Shown here: positions 1 through 8,081 of the stretch, in pieces
How the letters are laid out: the number at the start of each line of letters is the position of its first letter
Position numbering within the stretch: position 1 is the stretch's first letter
IMG/VR virus record: IMGVR_UViG_2713896834_000007
Location: 1 to 17,048 of that record
DNA from: a virus
Lineage: Duplodnaviria > Heunggongvirae > Uroviricota > Caudoviricetes
DNA length: 17,048 bases
Direction: 5' to 3' (one strand)
The notes under the pieces: generated by a model
Database searches by the model: none
The model's input: the letters and a program-made list of their open reading frames with translations, nothing else
Told to the model about the DNA's origin: nothing
Program-made: the position numbers and the translations under genes

Positions 1-1254
1 ATGCTGGAACAAATGGGCATTGCCGCGAAGCAAGCCTCGTATAAATTAGCGCAACTCTCCAGCCGCGAAAAAAATCGCGTGCTGGAAAAAATCGCCGATG
101 AACTGGAAGCACAAAGCGAAATCATCCTCAACGCTAACGCCCAGGATGTTGCTGACGCGCGTGCCAATGGCCTTGGCGAAGCGATGCTTGACCGTCTGGC
201 ACTGACGCCCGCACGGCTGAAAGGCATTGCCGATGATGTGCGCCAGGTGTGTAACCTCGCCGATCCGGTGGGGCAGGTAATCGATGGCAGCGTACTGGAC
301 AGCGGCCTGCGTCTTGAGCGTCGTCGCGTACCGCTGGGGGTTATTGGCGTGATTTATGAAGCGCGCCCGAACGTGACGGTTGATGTCGCTTCGCTGTGCC
401 TGAAAACCGGTAACGCAGTGATTCTGCGTGGCGGTAAAGAAACCTGTCGCACTAACGCGGCAACGGTGGCGGTGATTCAGGACGCCCTGAAATCCTGTGG
501 CTTACCGGTGGGTGCCGTGCAGGCGATTGATAATCCTGACCGTGCGCTGGTCAGTGAAATGCTGCGTATGGATAAATACATCGACATGCTGATCCCGCGT
601 GGTGGCGCTGGTTTGCATAAACTGTGCCGCGAACAGTCGACGATCCCGGTGATCACAGGTGGTATAGGCGTATGCCATATTTATGTTGATGAAAGTGTAG
701 AGATTGCTGAAGCATTAAAAGTGATCGTCAACGCGAAAACTCAGCGTCCGAGCACATGTAATACGGTAGAAACGTTGCTGGTGAATAAAAACATCGCCGA
801 TAGCTTCCTGCCCGCATTAAGCAAACAAATGGAGGAAAGCGGCGTGGCATTACACGCAGATGCAGCTGCGCTGGCGCAGTTGCAGACAGGCCCCGCGAAG
901 GTGGTGGCTGTTAAAGCGGAAGAGTATGACGATGAGTTTCTGTCATTAGATTTGAACGTCAAAATCGTCAGTGATCTTGACGATGCCATCGCCCATATTC
1001 GTGAACACGGCACACAACACTCCGATGCGATCCTGACCCGCGATATGCGCAACGCCCAGCGTTTTGTTAACGAAGTGGATTCGTCCGCTGTTTACGTTAA
1101 CGCCTCTACGCGTTTTACCGACGGCGGCCAGTTTGGACTAGGTGCGGAAGTGGCGGTAAGCACACAAAAACTCCACGCGCGTGGCCCAATGGGGCTGGAA
1201 GCACTGACCACTTACAAGTGGATCGGTATTGGTGATTACACCATTCGTGCGTAA
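1..1254 (+). CDS. proA: Gamma-glutamyl phosphate reductase (glutamate-5-semialdehyde dehydrogenase), complete
   Basis: 417 aa ORF beginning [25 protein letters not shown], which I recognise as enterobacterial ProA; full length with TAA stop at 1252-1254; tRNA-Thr lies downstream as in the E. coli proBA-thrW locus. Confidence 0.93.
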   Translation: MLEQMGIAAKQASYKLAQLSSREKNRVLEKIADELEAQSEIILNANAQDVADARANGLGEAMLDRLALTPARLKGIADDVRQVCNLADPVGQVIDGSVLDSGLRLERRRVPLGVIGVIYEARPNVTVDVASLCLKTGNAVILRGGKETCRTNAATVAVIQDALKSCGLPVGAVQAIDNPDRALVSEMLRMDKYIDMLIPRGGAGLHKLCREQSTIPVITGGIGVCHIYVDESVEIAEALKVIVNAKTQRPSTCNTVETLLVNKNIADSFLPALSKQMEESGVALHADAAALAQLQTGPAKVVAVKAEEYDDEFLSLDLNVKIVSDLDDAIAHIREHGTQHSDAILTRDMRNAQRFVNEVDSSAVYVNASTRFTDGGQFGLGAEVAVSTQKLHARGPMGLEALTTYKWIGIGDYTIRA

Positions 1255-1368
1255 ATAAAACCGGGTGATGCAAAAGTAGCCATTTGATTCACAAGGCCAT
1301 TGACGCATCGCCCGGTTAGTTTTAACCTTGTCCACCGTGATTCACGTTCGTGAACATGTCCTTTCAGG

Positions 1369-1444
1369 GCCGATATAGCTCAGTTGGTAGAGCAGCGCAT
1401 TCGTAATGCGAAGGTCGTAGGTTCGACTCCTATTATCGGCACCA
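1369..1444 (+). tRNA. thrW: tRNA-Thr (anticodon CGT), thrW-type; prophage attachment site
   Basis: 76 nt GCCGATATAGCTCAGTTGGTAGAGCAGCGCATTCGTAATGCGAAGGTCGTAGGTTCGACTCCTATTATCGGCACCA; acceptor stem GCCGATA/TATCGGC, anticodon loop CATTCGTAATG gives anticodon CGT, T-arm GGTTCGACTCC, 3' CCA encoded; integrase gene starts 15 bp downstream. Confidence 0.9.
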
Positions 1445-1458
1445 TTTAAATCAATAAG

Positions 1459-2622
1459 TTACACATCATTAGTACCTTCCTTATTTTTTGACTGGGACAA
1501 ATTTGGGACCGATGGGTTCAGGATCGAGTCTATTTGCCGTGCGTGTTCGGTAAGGTGATTAGGTGCAAGGTGAGCATATCGACGAACCATTTCGATAGAC
1601 TCCCAGCCTCCCATTTCCTGTAACACTGACAACGGGACTCCGGCTTGAACCAGCCAACTTGCCCAGGTGTGTCTCAAGTCGTGAAATCTGAAATCATCAA
1701 TACCAGCCCGTCTCAGCGCCGCTTTCCAGGCTGTGTTTGCGTCATACCGCATCTTCCTTACTGTTGGCGCTTTCGTTCCGTCTGGTTTGGTACAGCTTTC
1801 CTTGTACACAAATACCCAACGGTGATGATTCCCGATTTGTTTTTTCAATACGCGACATGCAGTATCATTCAGCGCAACGCCAATTGCGCGGTTTGATTTA
1901 CTCTCTTCCGGGTTTATCCATGCCACCCGGCGCTGCATATCTATTTGTTGCCATTCAAGGTTGATGATGTTCGAGCGTCTTAAGCCTGTTGCCAGTGCAA
2001 ATTCAACAACAGACTTTAATGGCTCCGGACATTCATCAATCAGCCTTTGTGCTTCATGGGGCTCCAGCCAGCGGATCCGTTTATTCTTTGGTTGAGGCAC
2101 TTTAATAATTGGTGCCTTATCCAGCATTTTCCATTCACGCTCTGCGGCTCTTAGTAGGGCCTTTATAAATGAAAGATGCGTAGCCTTCGTTGCAACGGAC
2201 GCTGGTTTTGGCGTGTATTCTGGAACAGGTTTCCCTTTTTTTCTGCATGCTTCTGCCCTGAGTTTCCAGTTTTCCTCATGACGCCGGTTCGTCATTTTCT
2301 GCATTGCTGAATAAATTTTTGATTCAGTAATGTCTCTTAGTTGCATTCCTGCGAAATGTTGAAGCCAGAATCCGATCCGGCTTTTGTCATCGTCCAGTGA
2401 TTTTTTATGTGCTTTCTCTTCAAGCCACCTGACACACGCTTCCTCGAACGTTATATCAGGTATTTCACCAAGTTTGCTGACCCGCCATGCTTCAGCCTTT
2501 AGCTTGTCATGGAGTTCTGTCGCCTGCCTTTTGTCCTTTGTTCCAAGAGACTGTTTAAATCTTTTACCGTTCGGCAATGTGAAACTGGCGTACCATATTT
2601 CACCTCTGCGGAAGAGTGACAT
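1459..2622 (-). CDS. int: Site-specific tyrosine integrase, phage P22 Int family
   Basis: 387 aa, [46 protein letters not shown]..., near-identical over long stretches to P22 integrase as I recall it; catalytic region [10 protein letters not shown] ... VRRYAHL; adjacent to tRNA-Thr, the P22 attachment site. Confidence 0.93.
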   Translation of the reverse strand: MSLFRRGEIWYASFTLPNGKRFKQSLGTKDKRQATELHDKLKAEAWRVSKLGEIPDITFEEACVRWLEEKAHKKSLDDDKSRIGFWLQHFAGMQLRDITESKIYSAMQKMTNRRHEENWKLRAEACRKKGKPVPEYTPKPASVATKATHLSFIKALLRAAEREWKMLDKAPIIKVPQPKNKRIRWLEPHEAQRLIDECPEPLKSVVEFALATGLRRSNIINLEWQQIDMQRRVAWINPEESKSNRAIGVALNDTACRVLKKQIGNHHRWVFVYKESCTKPDGTKAPTVRKMRYDANTAWKAALRRAGIDDFRFHDLRHTWASWLVQAGVPLSVLQEMGGWESIEMVRRYAHLAPNHLTEHARQIDSILNPSVPNLSQSKNKEGTNDV

Positions 2623-2849
2623 TTTCTTTCCTCTGTTATGCCATCACCCGCGCTCACCTGGACAGTATGCAGCGGAGATTGAAGAGCCGCAATGCAGGCT
2701 TGTCGTGTTGTGAGGTAAGGAGATTTATTCTTAGTGGGATCTTTGCGTGTTGCCTGAAGACGCCCTGTGCGTATCCAGTTAATGGCAGTCGGTCTGGATA
2801 TCTTGAGAAAATGACAGGCCTCATCGAGTGTGAGGCTGTATGGCTCCAT
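2499..2849 (-). CDS. xis: Excisionase (P22 Xis-like), 116 aa, overlapping the 5' end of int
   Basis: Internal Met of the 144 aa ORF: [32 protein letters not shown]... (HTH); start ATG at 2849-2847 overlaps the stop of the upstream gene (TAATG); 124 nt overlap with int is typical of int-xis pairs. Confidence 0.82.
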   Translation of the reverse strand: MEPYSLTLDEACHFLKISRPTAINWIRTGRLQATRKDPTKNKSPYLTTRQACIAALQSPLHTVQVSAGDGITEERKCHSSAEVKYGTPVSHCRTVKDLNSLLEQRTKGRRQNSMTS

Positions 2850-3154
2850 TATTTCACCTCTTGCTGTGACATTGTTGAGAAATGGATACCAGCTCGTTGC
2901 TGCCAGACGATCCAACCGAGAGTCATATCCCATGCCATGTATTCGTTATCGCCGTTTTTTGCTCTCCGACGATCTACTAAGTCACCAAAACGCTTTTCCA
3001 TGAATAATTCATAAGCTTCGCGTTCATCTGGTTCTACTTCCAGAGATAGGAGTGCGATTTCATAAGCACGGCGCTCAATATCGTCTCGCACGTCAAGGCT
3101 GCTGATACGCTCTTTAATTTCTTTAATCAGTTCTTTGTCGGTAAAAGTGGTCAT
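2849..3154 (-). CDS. yfdT: Early-left operon protein, YfdT-like (101 aa), function unknown
   Basis: 101 aa ORF translationally coupled to both neighbours; size and position match the K-12 CPS-53 yfdT gene as I recall it (assignment by recollection, not search). Confidence 0.55.
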   Translation of the reverse strand: MTTFTDKELIKEIKERISSLDVRDDIERRAYEIALLSLEVEPDEREAYELFMEKRFGDLVDRRRAKNGDNEYMAWDMTLGWIVWQQRAGIHFSTMSQQEVK

Positions 3155-3516
3155 TATGCTCCAGCCTCCGGTGCTTTTGGCATTACTGCCCAGTGAGTGA
3201 TATTGACGTTTTCAAGGTCCCCGACCTGAAATGTCCACTGCCATTCTCCGGTTTCTTTTTGTCCCCAGGTGTACCAGAGAGAACGCCAGCCAATCAGCCA
3301 GCCTTCTCCGTTAGCATCGAATAACAAAACACTTTCATTTGCTGGTGGCAGTTCAGTTGACACTGGTATTACTTTGTTTTCCAGTGCCGCACATTTAGCT
3401 TCAAGCGCGTCGAATTTACGTACCAGGTACTCAGCATTTGTTTCGTTCACTTTCAGATCTCGCGGTACACATTTCCCGCGAAGAAACCCTTCCATTTCGA
3501 AAACATTCATGCGCAT
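3154..3516 (-). CDS. yfdS: Early-left operon protein, YfdS-like (120 aa), function unknown
   Basis: 120 aa ORF; overlaps downstream gene start and upstream gene end; size/order match CPS-53 yfdS by recollection. Confidence 0.55.
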   Translation of the reverse strand: MRMNVFEMEGFLRGKCVPRDLKVNETNAEYLVRKFDALEAKCAALENKVIPVSTELPPANESVLLFDANGEGWLIGWRSLWYTWGQKETGEWQWTFQVGDLENVNITHWAVMPKAPEAGA

Positions 3517-4043
3517 TTGCGTAACTCCGATAACTCGTTAAAACGTTCCATAAACATCCCGTAGGCATGGCTAGGTGCCAGTGGAATCACGTTGAACATC
3601 TCTGTTGCCGGGATGCCTTCCAGTACAGGCCAGAAAGAGCCATCATCAAGCCCGAGATCGCGGCGTTCGGTTGCCAGCATGATAAGATCGGCATATTTCA
3701 CGGGCGTACTCATAACTGGGGGTAACCCGTATTTCTCACGGATTACGGCGTCAATTTTTTCTTCCATCCGTTTATAGTCAGGCAGAAGGCGTTTCAGTGG
3801 AGCGGGAATATCCTGGCAATACGCTTCTGTTGCATCATGCATTAACGCTTCAAAAGCAAATTCCTGCGGCACCAGCTGGCTGCAAAGCACCGCATGTTGG
3901 GCGACACTGTAGAAGTGAGAAAGATGACCGGCAAAGCGGCAGATATTTGAAAGGGAAACCGCGATATCGTTAATCACGATGTCGTCTTTATTTATCTTGT
4001 CATAATAAAAATGCTTCCCGGAAAAAGTTTTAATAAATGACAT
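3507..4043 (-). CDS. yfdR: HD-domain phosphohydrolase (YfdR-like 5'-deoxynucleotidase), 178 aa
   Basis: H...HD metal-binding signature (SVAQHAVL ... EALMHDATEAY); start chosen at MSFIKTF (ATG 4043-4041) preceded by GGAGAA RBS rather than the upstream in-frame ATG at 4070; 178 aa matches K-12 YfdR. Confidence 0.7.
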   Translation of the reverse strand: MSFIKTFSGKHFYYDKINKDDIVINDIAVSLSNICRFAGHLSHFYSVAQHAVLCSQLVPQEFAFEALMHDATEAYCQDIPAPLKRLLPDYKRMEEKIDAVIREKYGLPPVMSTPVKYADLIMLATERRDLGLDDGSFWPVLEGIPATEMFNVIPLAPSHAYGMFMERFNELSELRKCA

Positions 4044-4136
4044 TTTGTTCTCCACGTATATGCGCTGCACCGCGCTGAGTTTGGGTAAAAGGAAGCCCTC
4101 ACCATCCGGTGATTATTGAGTTAATTACGTTTCCAT

Positions 4137-4158
4137 AAATGCCCCCGCAGGGGCATTT
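4137..4158 (-). terminator. Intergenic hairpin between yfdQ-like and yfdR-like (possible partial terminator or RNA stabiliser)
   Basis: Perfect inverted repeat AAATGCCCC-cgca-GGGGCATTT in the 127 nt gap between the two genes; downstream U-tract is weak (TTTATGG on the minus strand). Confidence 0.3.
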
Positions 4159-4170
4159 GCAGTAATGAAA

Positions 4171-4995
4171 TCAGGCGGTGAAAGTACCAATAAAGGTTTC
4201 TACTTTGCTGTCTTTGAATTTTTCAACAAGCAGATCACGAAATTCGTTAGCCATTTCTTCCTGCACTGCTTCCAGCTGAATAATGCGCAGAACCAGTACA
4301 GGGCGATCACCAGTGATAATGCTGAGGCGTAATTTAAACGGACGTTCTTTCAGGCCTTCAAACGGAACGCATTTAAACTCAAATGCTACTGGCATAATGT
4401 CTTTGGTTTTCGCTTCGACAGACTCCATCAGAGAGCGTTTGCCGCTGAAGTCATTGTCTTCAAAATCAGCGGTCTGGTTTGCTTCAATCGTGATTTTACG
4501 GACCGCCGCAGCCGCTTTTGTTGCCTGAATGGCGTCACCATTAGCATCAAAGCCCACAAGGTAGTCGGCCCAGTCTTCAATCCATTCTGCCAGTGACTTC
4601 TGGGAGTTACGCTCGCCGTTAACAGACAACAGGGCAGAGAACGGTGCTGTCTTTTTCAGTTTGAGAGTGGCGGTGTTATCTGCGTGACCTGGTTCATCAA
4701 TAGTACCCAGGTTAAGCACACTGACGGCACGCATATTATCAGCATCGATAAAGCAGCGGGTGCCTTCATCTGCAAGATCTTTAGAATAACGGGTAAAATC
4801 ATCGATGCTGGCAGTGGAAAGCGCGCCACGGAAACGGAAGCGATTTAAATTAAATTTTTCCAGATCATGAATGCGGAAATTCTCAGGCAATGCCACAGCA
4901 TCGGCACCAATCTTACTGATAATTTCATTAACACCCTGAGCAGAAATAAGGGCATGGATTTGATTAATTGCGGTTGCGTCTAAGTTCTGAGACAT
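4171..4995 (-). CDS. yfdQ: YfdQ-like protein (DUF2303-type), 274 aa
   Basis: 274 aa [24 protein letters not shown]...; size and position match K-12 CPS-53 YfdQ by recollection. Confidence 0.65.
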   Translation of the reverse strand: MSQNLDATAINQIHALISAQGVNEIISKIGADAVALPENFRIHDLEKFNLNRFRFRGALSTASIDDFTRYSKDLADEGTRCFIDADNMRAVSVLNLGTIDEPGHADNTATLKLKKTAPFSALLSVNGERNSQKSLAEWIEDWADYLVGFDANGDAIQATKAAAAVRKITIEANQTADFEDNDFSGKRSLMESVEAKTKDIMPVAFEFKCVPFEGLKERPFKLRLSIITGDRPVLVLRIIQLEAVQEEMANEFRDLLVEKFKDSKVETFIGTFTA

Positions 4996-5060
4996 AATAA
5001 GTCCTCACTATATAAAGATATTCAGTGATGAGATAAATAATCAGTTAATTAAGAACGATA

Positions 5061-5423
5061 TTAATGACCTGCTGCGCGTAGTTTTCCGTCAGGTTCACCG
5101 GCAAGAGTCAGTAATTGTCCCTGGTCTTTCTGCAGAATAGTCAGGCGACCACCGCGATTGACATACATCGGCGTTTCGGTGGTGTCTTCTTCGGAAATTT
5201 TCCCGCGGTTAGTCGGGCGAACATATGAGAGTTTGTGTTTGATTTTCACACGGTTCTCATCAAATGGTTCGATTTCCAGGTTGAGTGAGACCTTACCTTT
5301 GGTTTTCGTGTTCATCACACCGGAAGCGACTTCACTGAGAACTGCGCCGATTTTGGTTTCAAATACGCCGCCGTCCAGCTCCCCGATAAATGCCTGCACA
5401 TCAGTACTGCGTTCGCTAGCCAT
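5061..5423 (-). CDS. yfdP: YfdP-like protein, 120 aa (first gene of the early-left operon)
   Basis: Start placed at internal MASERSTDVQAFIGELDGG (ATG 5423-5421) with GAGGAA RBS 8 nt upstream; the 77 codons upstream in the 197 aa ORF read as junk and run into the structured leader. Confidence 0.6.
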   Translation of the reverse strand: MASERSTDVQAFIGELDGGVFETKIGAVLSEVASGVMNTKTKGKVSLNLEIEPFDENRVKIKHKLSYVRPTNRGKISEEDTTETPMYVNRGGRLTILQKDQGQLLTLAGEPDGKLRAAGH

Positions 5424-5555
5424 TTTGCTGTTCCTCATCATATCGACCCTGCAAGGTCGGTTGGTTTCTCCACAAAACAGAGAAGAACACCTGCGGTGGC
5501 AGCCGCCCGGATGGATTGGGTTATGAGCCCGTCGTCCGGTGATGCTCTTCTCTGT

Positions 5556-5607
5556 TTTGTAAAAAGAGCGGTACCAGCCGGAAGCAAGTGTACAAACTGG
5601 TACCGCC
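5556..5607 (-). terminator. Intrinsic terminator within the PL leader (leftward transcription)
   Basis: Minus-strand RNA GGCGGUACCAG-[loop ~19 nt]-CUGGUACCGCU followed by CUUUUUAC; 10 bp perfect stem (plus 5568-5577 pairs with 5597-5606) with a U-tract only on the minus strand. Confidence 0.5.
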
Positions 5608-6000
5608 AAAGCAGTGGCTGTTGTGGTGGGGTTGTCACTCAGGCGTATGGTCAACCTGACAATCCGGTGTCCTCAACGGGGAAAGAGTAACCCCGCCATA
5701 CTTACCGCCGCGCCATTTCGCGGATTACCACAACGCTGAGAGCACTTAGCCAGTTACGGCACCACACTTTGTCGCGGCTCCATAAATGCCCTCATCGTTG
5801 CACCCTGGTCTCTTCCCAGGCGTCAAACCGAATCGCCACGCTGGTTAGGCGTCTTATCAGCATCATCATTGACTTGCACATTCCGGCTACCTGGTTTGTT
5901 TGCCCGAGCAAGGAGTGGATTGTCCCCTTTAACGTCCCCAGACCGCTAACGACGCATGTGCCATACGCCGTGTTACAACCAAATTTTGTTAGTACCTTGT

Positions 6001-6080
6001 TTGTTTGTCTGGAAAGAAAGATAAAATGAAGTTGCGCATTATGCAAGTGTTTTTGTTGCGAGATATGCAATTTAAAGGGT
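6001..6080 (-). promoter_or_regulatory. Putative OL/PL: leftward early promoter with operator sites
   Basis: Two 15 bp TTGC-N7-GCAA sites (TTGCGCATTATGCAA at 6033-6047; TTGCGAGATATGCAA at 6055-6069) sharing the TTGCG half-site found at OR; minus strand shows TTGCAT -35-like hexamers. Exact -10/-35 assignment is uncertain. Confidence 0.45.
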
Positions 6081-6087
6081 AATGAAA

Positions 6088-6105
6088 AGCCACCTTTGGG
6101 TGGCT
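6088..6105 (-). terminator. Terminator hairpin downstream of the repressor gene
   Basis: AGCCACC-tttg-GGTGGCT 7 bp stem located 21 nt past the cI-like stop, followed on the minus strand by UUUCAUU. Confidence 0.45.
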
Positions 6106-6125
6106 AATTGATGAGGAGGTAAGGG

Positions 6126-6818
6126 TTAATTGTGTCGCTTAAGGGTTTGTGACTGGCTGATTAAGACCTTTCCAAAGACCATAAACCGGTGTTCATTTTC
6201 GCTGGTAATTCCCCATTCACGGTAAATCTGGTTATCAGAAATCACCAGTAGTTTGTCAGGTATCATTTGCAGTCGTTTGACATAAATTTTATCATCAAAA
6301 CCAAATACATAGATACCATCTCCATCAAACTGATTGATACTGACATCAACGAAGATGAGATCTCCTGGCTCAATGGTTGGACACATACTGTCCCCACGAA
6401 CGTTGATAACTTTAATGTGATTGGCTGGCCGTCCGCCAAACATCGATACAGCATTATCAGTTCTGTATTCAATGGCATGAATCACATCAATGACATCACC
6501 GCCCTGGATAAGGCCATTTCCCGCACTGGCACTGACATCCAGCATTTCAATACGGAATACATCCTTCACCTGCGCAACATCCTCACTAATACTGTTTTTA
6601 CATACAGTATTACTTTTGACGTCTGAGGTAAAGAGATCAGCAATATCAACACCTAAGCTCCTGGCAATATTACTCAGGGCTTGTTCAGTGAATTGTTTCT
6701 GCTTACCTGTTTCCAGGCGTGAGATATTCGCCGCATCCACTCCTATTGCTTCAGCGAGATCGGCGATTTTCATGTTCTTCGCCTGGCGAAGTTGTCTGAC
6801 TCGGTTTCCTATGTTCAT
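6126..6818 (-). CDS. CI-like prophage repressor (N-terminal XRE-family HTH + C-terminal S24 LexA-like peptidase domain)
   Basis: 230 aa; N-terminal VRQLRQAKNMKIADLAEAIGVDAANISRLETGK HTH; C-terminal VRGDSMCPTIEPGDLIFVD (Ser nucleophile) and YVKRL (Lys) typical of autocleaving S24 repressors; divergent from a Cro-like gene. Confidence 0.9.
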   Translation of the reverse strand: MNIGNRVRQLRQAKNMKIADLAEAIGVDAANISRLETGKQKQFTEQALSNIARSLGVDIADLFTSDVKSNTVCKNSISEDVAQVKDVFRIEMLDVSASAGNGLIQGGDVIDVIHAIEYRTDNAVSMFGGRPANHIKVINVRGDSMCPTIEPGDLIFVDVSINQFDGDGIYVFGFDDKIYVKRLQMIPDKLLVISDNQIYREWGITSENEHRFMVFGKVLISQSQTLKRHN

Positions 6819-6915
6819 GCGTTTATTACATTTCTTTATTGCGCGTTAAGCAAATCAACTTGCGCAAAATATTTGCGTGAAATAATATGCTCATCACGCA
6901 ATATGTGGAGGTCAT
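6819..6915. promoter_or_regulatory. OR region: divergent PR/PRM promoters with repeated operator half-sites
   Basis: TTGCGCGTTAAGCAA (6839-6853), TTGCGCAA (6860-6867), TTGCGTGA (6873-6880) and inverted TCACGCAA (6893-6900); PR candidate -35 TTGCGC (6860-6865), 17 nt spacer, -10 TAATAT (6883-6888), GGAGG RBS before cro ATG at 6916. On the other strand TTGCTT-17 nt-TGTAAT ends 6 nt before the cI ATG, suggesting a leaderless cI transcript as in lambda PRM. Confidence 0.6.
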
Positions 6916-7176
6916 ATGCAATCACCATTACGGAATGTGCGTAAGGCGCACGGATTTACTTTGCAGCATGTTGCTGCTGGCGTTCAGGTCAATCCAGCGA
7001 CGCTGAGTCGTATTGAAAGACTGGAACAAATTCCATCTATAGATCTTGCAGAACGTCTGGCCAATTTTTTTAAGGGTGAAATCAGCGAAATGCAGATTCT
7101 TTATCCGGCACGTTTTCAATCTAGCCAAAACCAGAATGGGTTTAAACCACAGGAACAGGAGGTAAGCCGTGGGTAA
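6916..7176 (+). CDS. Cro-like HTH transcriptional regulator (XRE family)
   Basis: 86 aa; HTH LRNVRKAHGFTLQHVAAGVQVNPATLSRIER; first gene of the rightward operon opposite the repressor. Confidence 0.8.
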   Translation: MQSPLRNVRKAHGFTLQHVAAGVQVNPATLSRIERLEQIPSIDLAERLANFFKGEISEMQILYPARFQSSQNQNGFKPQEQEVSRG

Positions 7177-7726
7177 TCATCACTGGAAAGTGGAAAAACA
7201 GCCTGAGTGGTACGTGAAAGCTGTCAGAAAAACTATCGCGGCGTTGCCGGGGGGTTACGCTGAAGCTGCTGAGTGGCTGGATGTAACAGAGAACGCATTA
7301 TTTAACCGCCTTCGTGCCGATGGCGATCAGATTTTCCCGCTGGGATGGGCAATGATTTTACAACGTGCTGGTGGCACTCACTTCATTGCTGACGCTGTGG
7401 CGCAGTCTGCAAATGGCGTCTTTGTGTCTCTTCCTGACGTCGAGGATGTGGACAATGCCGATATTAACCAGCGTTTACTGGAAGTCATTGAACAGATCGG
7501 CAGTTATTCAAAACAGATTCGTTCGGCAATCGAAGACGGTGTAGTGGAACCGCATGAGAAGACAGCAATTAACGACGAGCTGTACCTCTCAATTTCGAAG
7601 CTGCAGGAGCATGCAGCACTTGTCTACAAAATTTTTTGCGTTTCAGAAAGTAATGACGCCCGCGAGTGTGCAGCTCCGGGCGTCGTGGCGTCGATTGCTT
7701 CTGGTTGTGGAGAAACTAACGCATGA
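7169..7726 (+). CDS. CII-like / YdaT-family regulatory protein
   Basis: 185 aa, GTG start with AGGAGG RBS 5 nt upstream; occupies the cII position between cro and the replication gene; region [31 protein letters not shown] resembles the CII/YdaT DNA-binding core. Family assignment by resemblance only. Confidence 0.5.
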   Translation: MGNHHWKVEKQPEWYVKAVRKTIAALPGGYAEAAEWLDVTENALFNRLRADGDQIFPLGWAMILQRAGGTHFIADAVAQSANGVFVSLPDVEDVDNADINQRLLEVIEQIGSYSKQIRSAIEDGVVEPHEKTAINDELYLSISKLQEHAALVYKIFCVSESNDARECAAPGVVASIASGCGETNA

Positions 7727-8081
7727 ACAGTTTAACAACACACTACCGTCGCTCGCAACTGATTGCGCTTCCTGTACCGGGTGGAAAAGCGAAGGTGGAG
7801 TATTGCTATGCAGTAAATGTACCAGGTGACAGGGAAATTGTAACCCACAGCTTTGCTGAGTGGGCTGTGGGGGATTTCAACCGGCAGAAGGAGACAGTCC
7901 TTTGCGACAAGTTAACCGCTGGTTCAAAGATCACTACGGAGTGCCCGTCAGAGTCATTCGTTGGGAGCCGGAAACACAACGGGTTATCTACCTCCGCGAA
8001 GGCTATGAGCATGAGTGCTTCAGCCCGCTCGAACAGTTTCGTCGTAAATTCAGGGAAGTAGAGGTCGGTCATGAGCACTAA
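7723..8081 (+). CDS. Hypothetical small protein; two overlapping frames (7723-8061 and 7860-8081), possibly frameshifted
   Basis: Frame beginning at 7723 (ATGA overlap with upstream stop) reads protein-like for about 50 codons then becomes low-complexity ([15 protein letters not shown]); the -1 frame from 7860 reads protein-like in its C-terminal part ([37 protein letters not shown]) and overlaps the replication gene start. Confidence 0.35.

Noticed and set aside
741-1335. Minus-strand ORFs 741-1052 and 1138-1335 overlapping proA and the thrW upstream region
   Set aside because: Antisense to a well-supported housekeeping gene, with Cys/Ser-rich junk-like translations; typical spurious ORFs.
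1645-2713. Plus-strand ORFs (1645-1896, 1737-1964, 2384-2713) inside the integrase/excisionase region
   Set aside because: All are antisense to int or xis and have low-complexity translations; no independent support.
5556-5570. nut-type boxA (CGCTCTTTTTAC on the minus strand)
   Set aside because: The match is the 3' arm and U-tract of a strong terminator hairpin, and no N-like gene is present, so a boxA call is not justified on its own.
5821-5850. REP/BIME-like element (GCGTCTTATCAG resembles half of an enterobacterial REP consensus)
   Set aside because: Only one half-site matches well and the partner arm is degenerate; it is not a convincing REP copy without a consensus alignment.
5792-6070. 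92 aa minus-strand ORF (and the 66 aa ORF at 5438-5638) as candidate N-like antiterminator proteins in the PL leader
   Set aside because: Neither is basic or Arg-rich; the 92 aa ORF starts inside the putative OL/PL operators, and the 66 aa ORF spans the intrinsic terminator and inverted repeat. No RBS is evident for either. The region is better explained as structured untranslated RNA.
7860-7920. Programmed -1 ribosomal frameshift joining the two frames of the small gene after the cII-like gene
   Set aside because: No canonical slippery heptamer or obvious downstream pseudoknot was seen at the frame transition; an indel or two overlapping genes is more economical. Kept as a low-interest finding rather than a PRF call.
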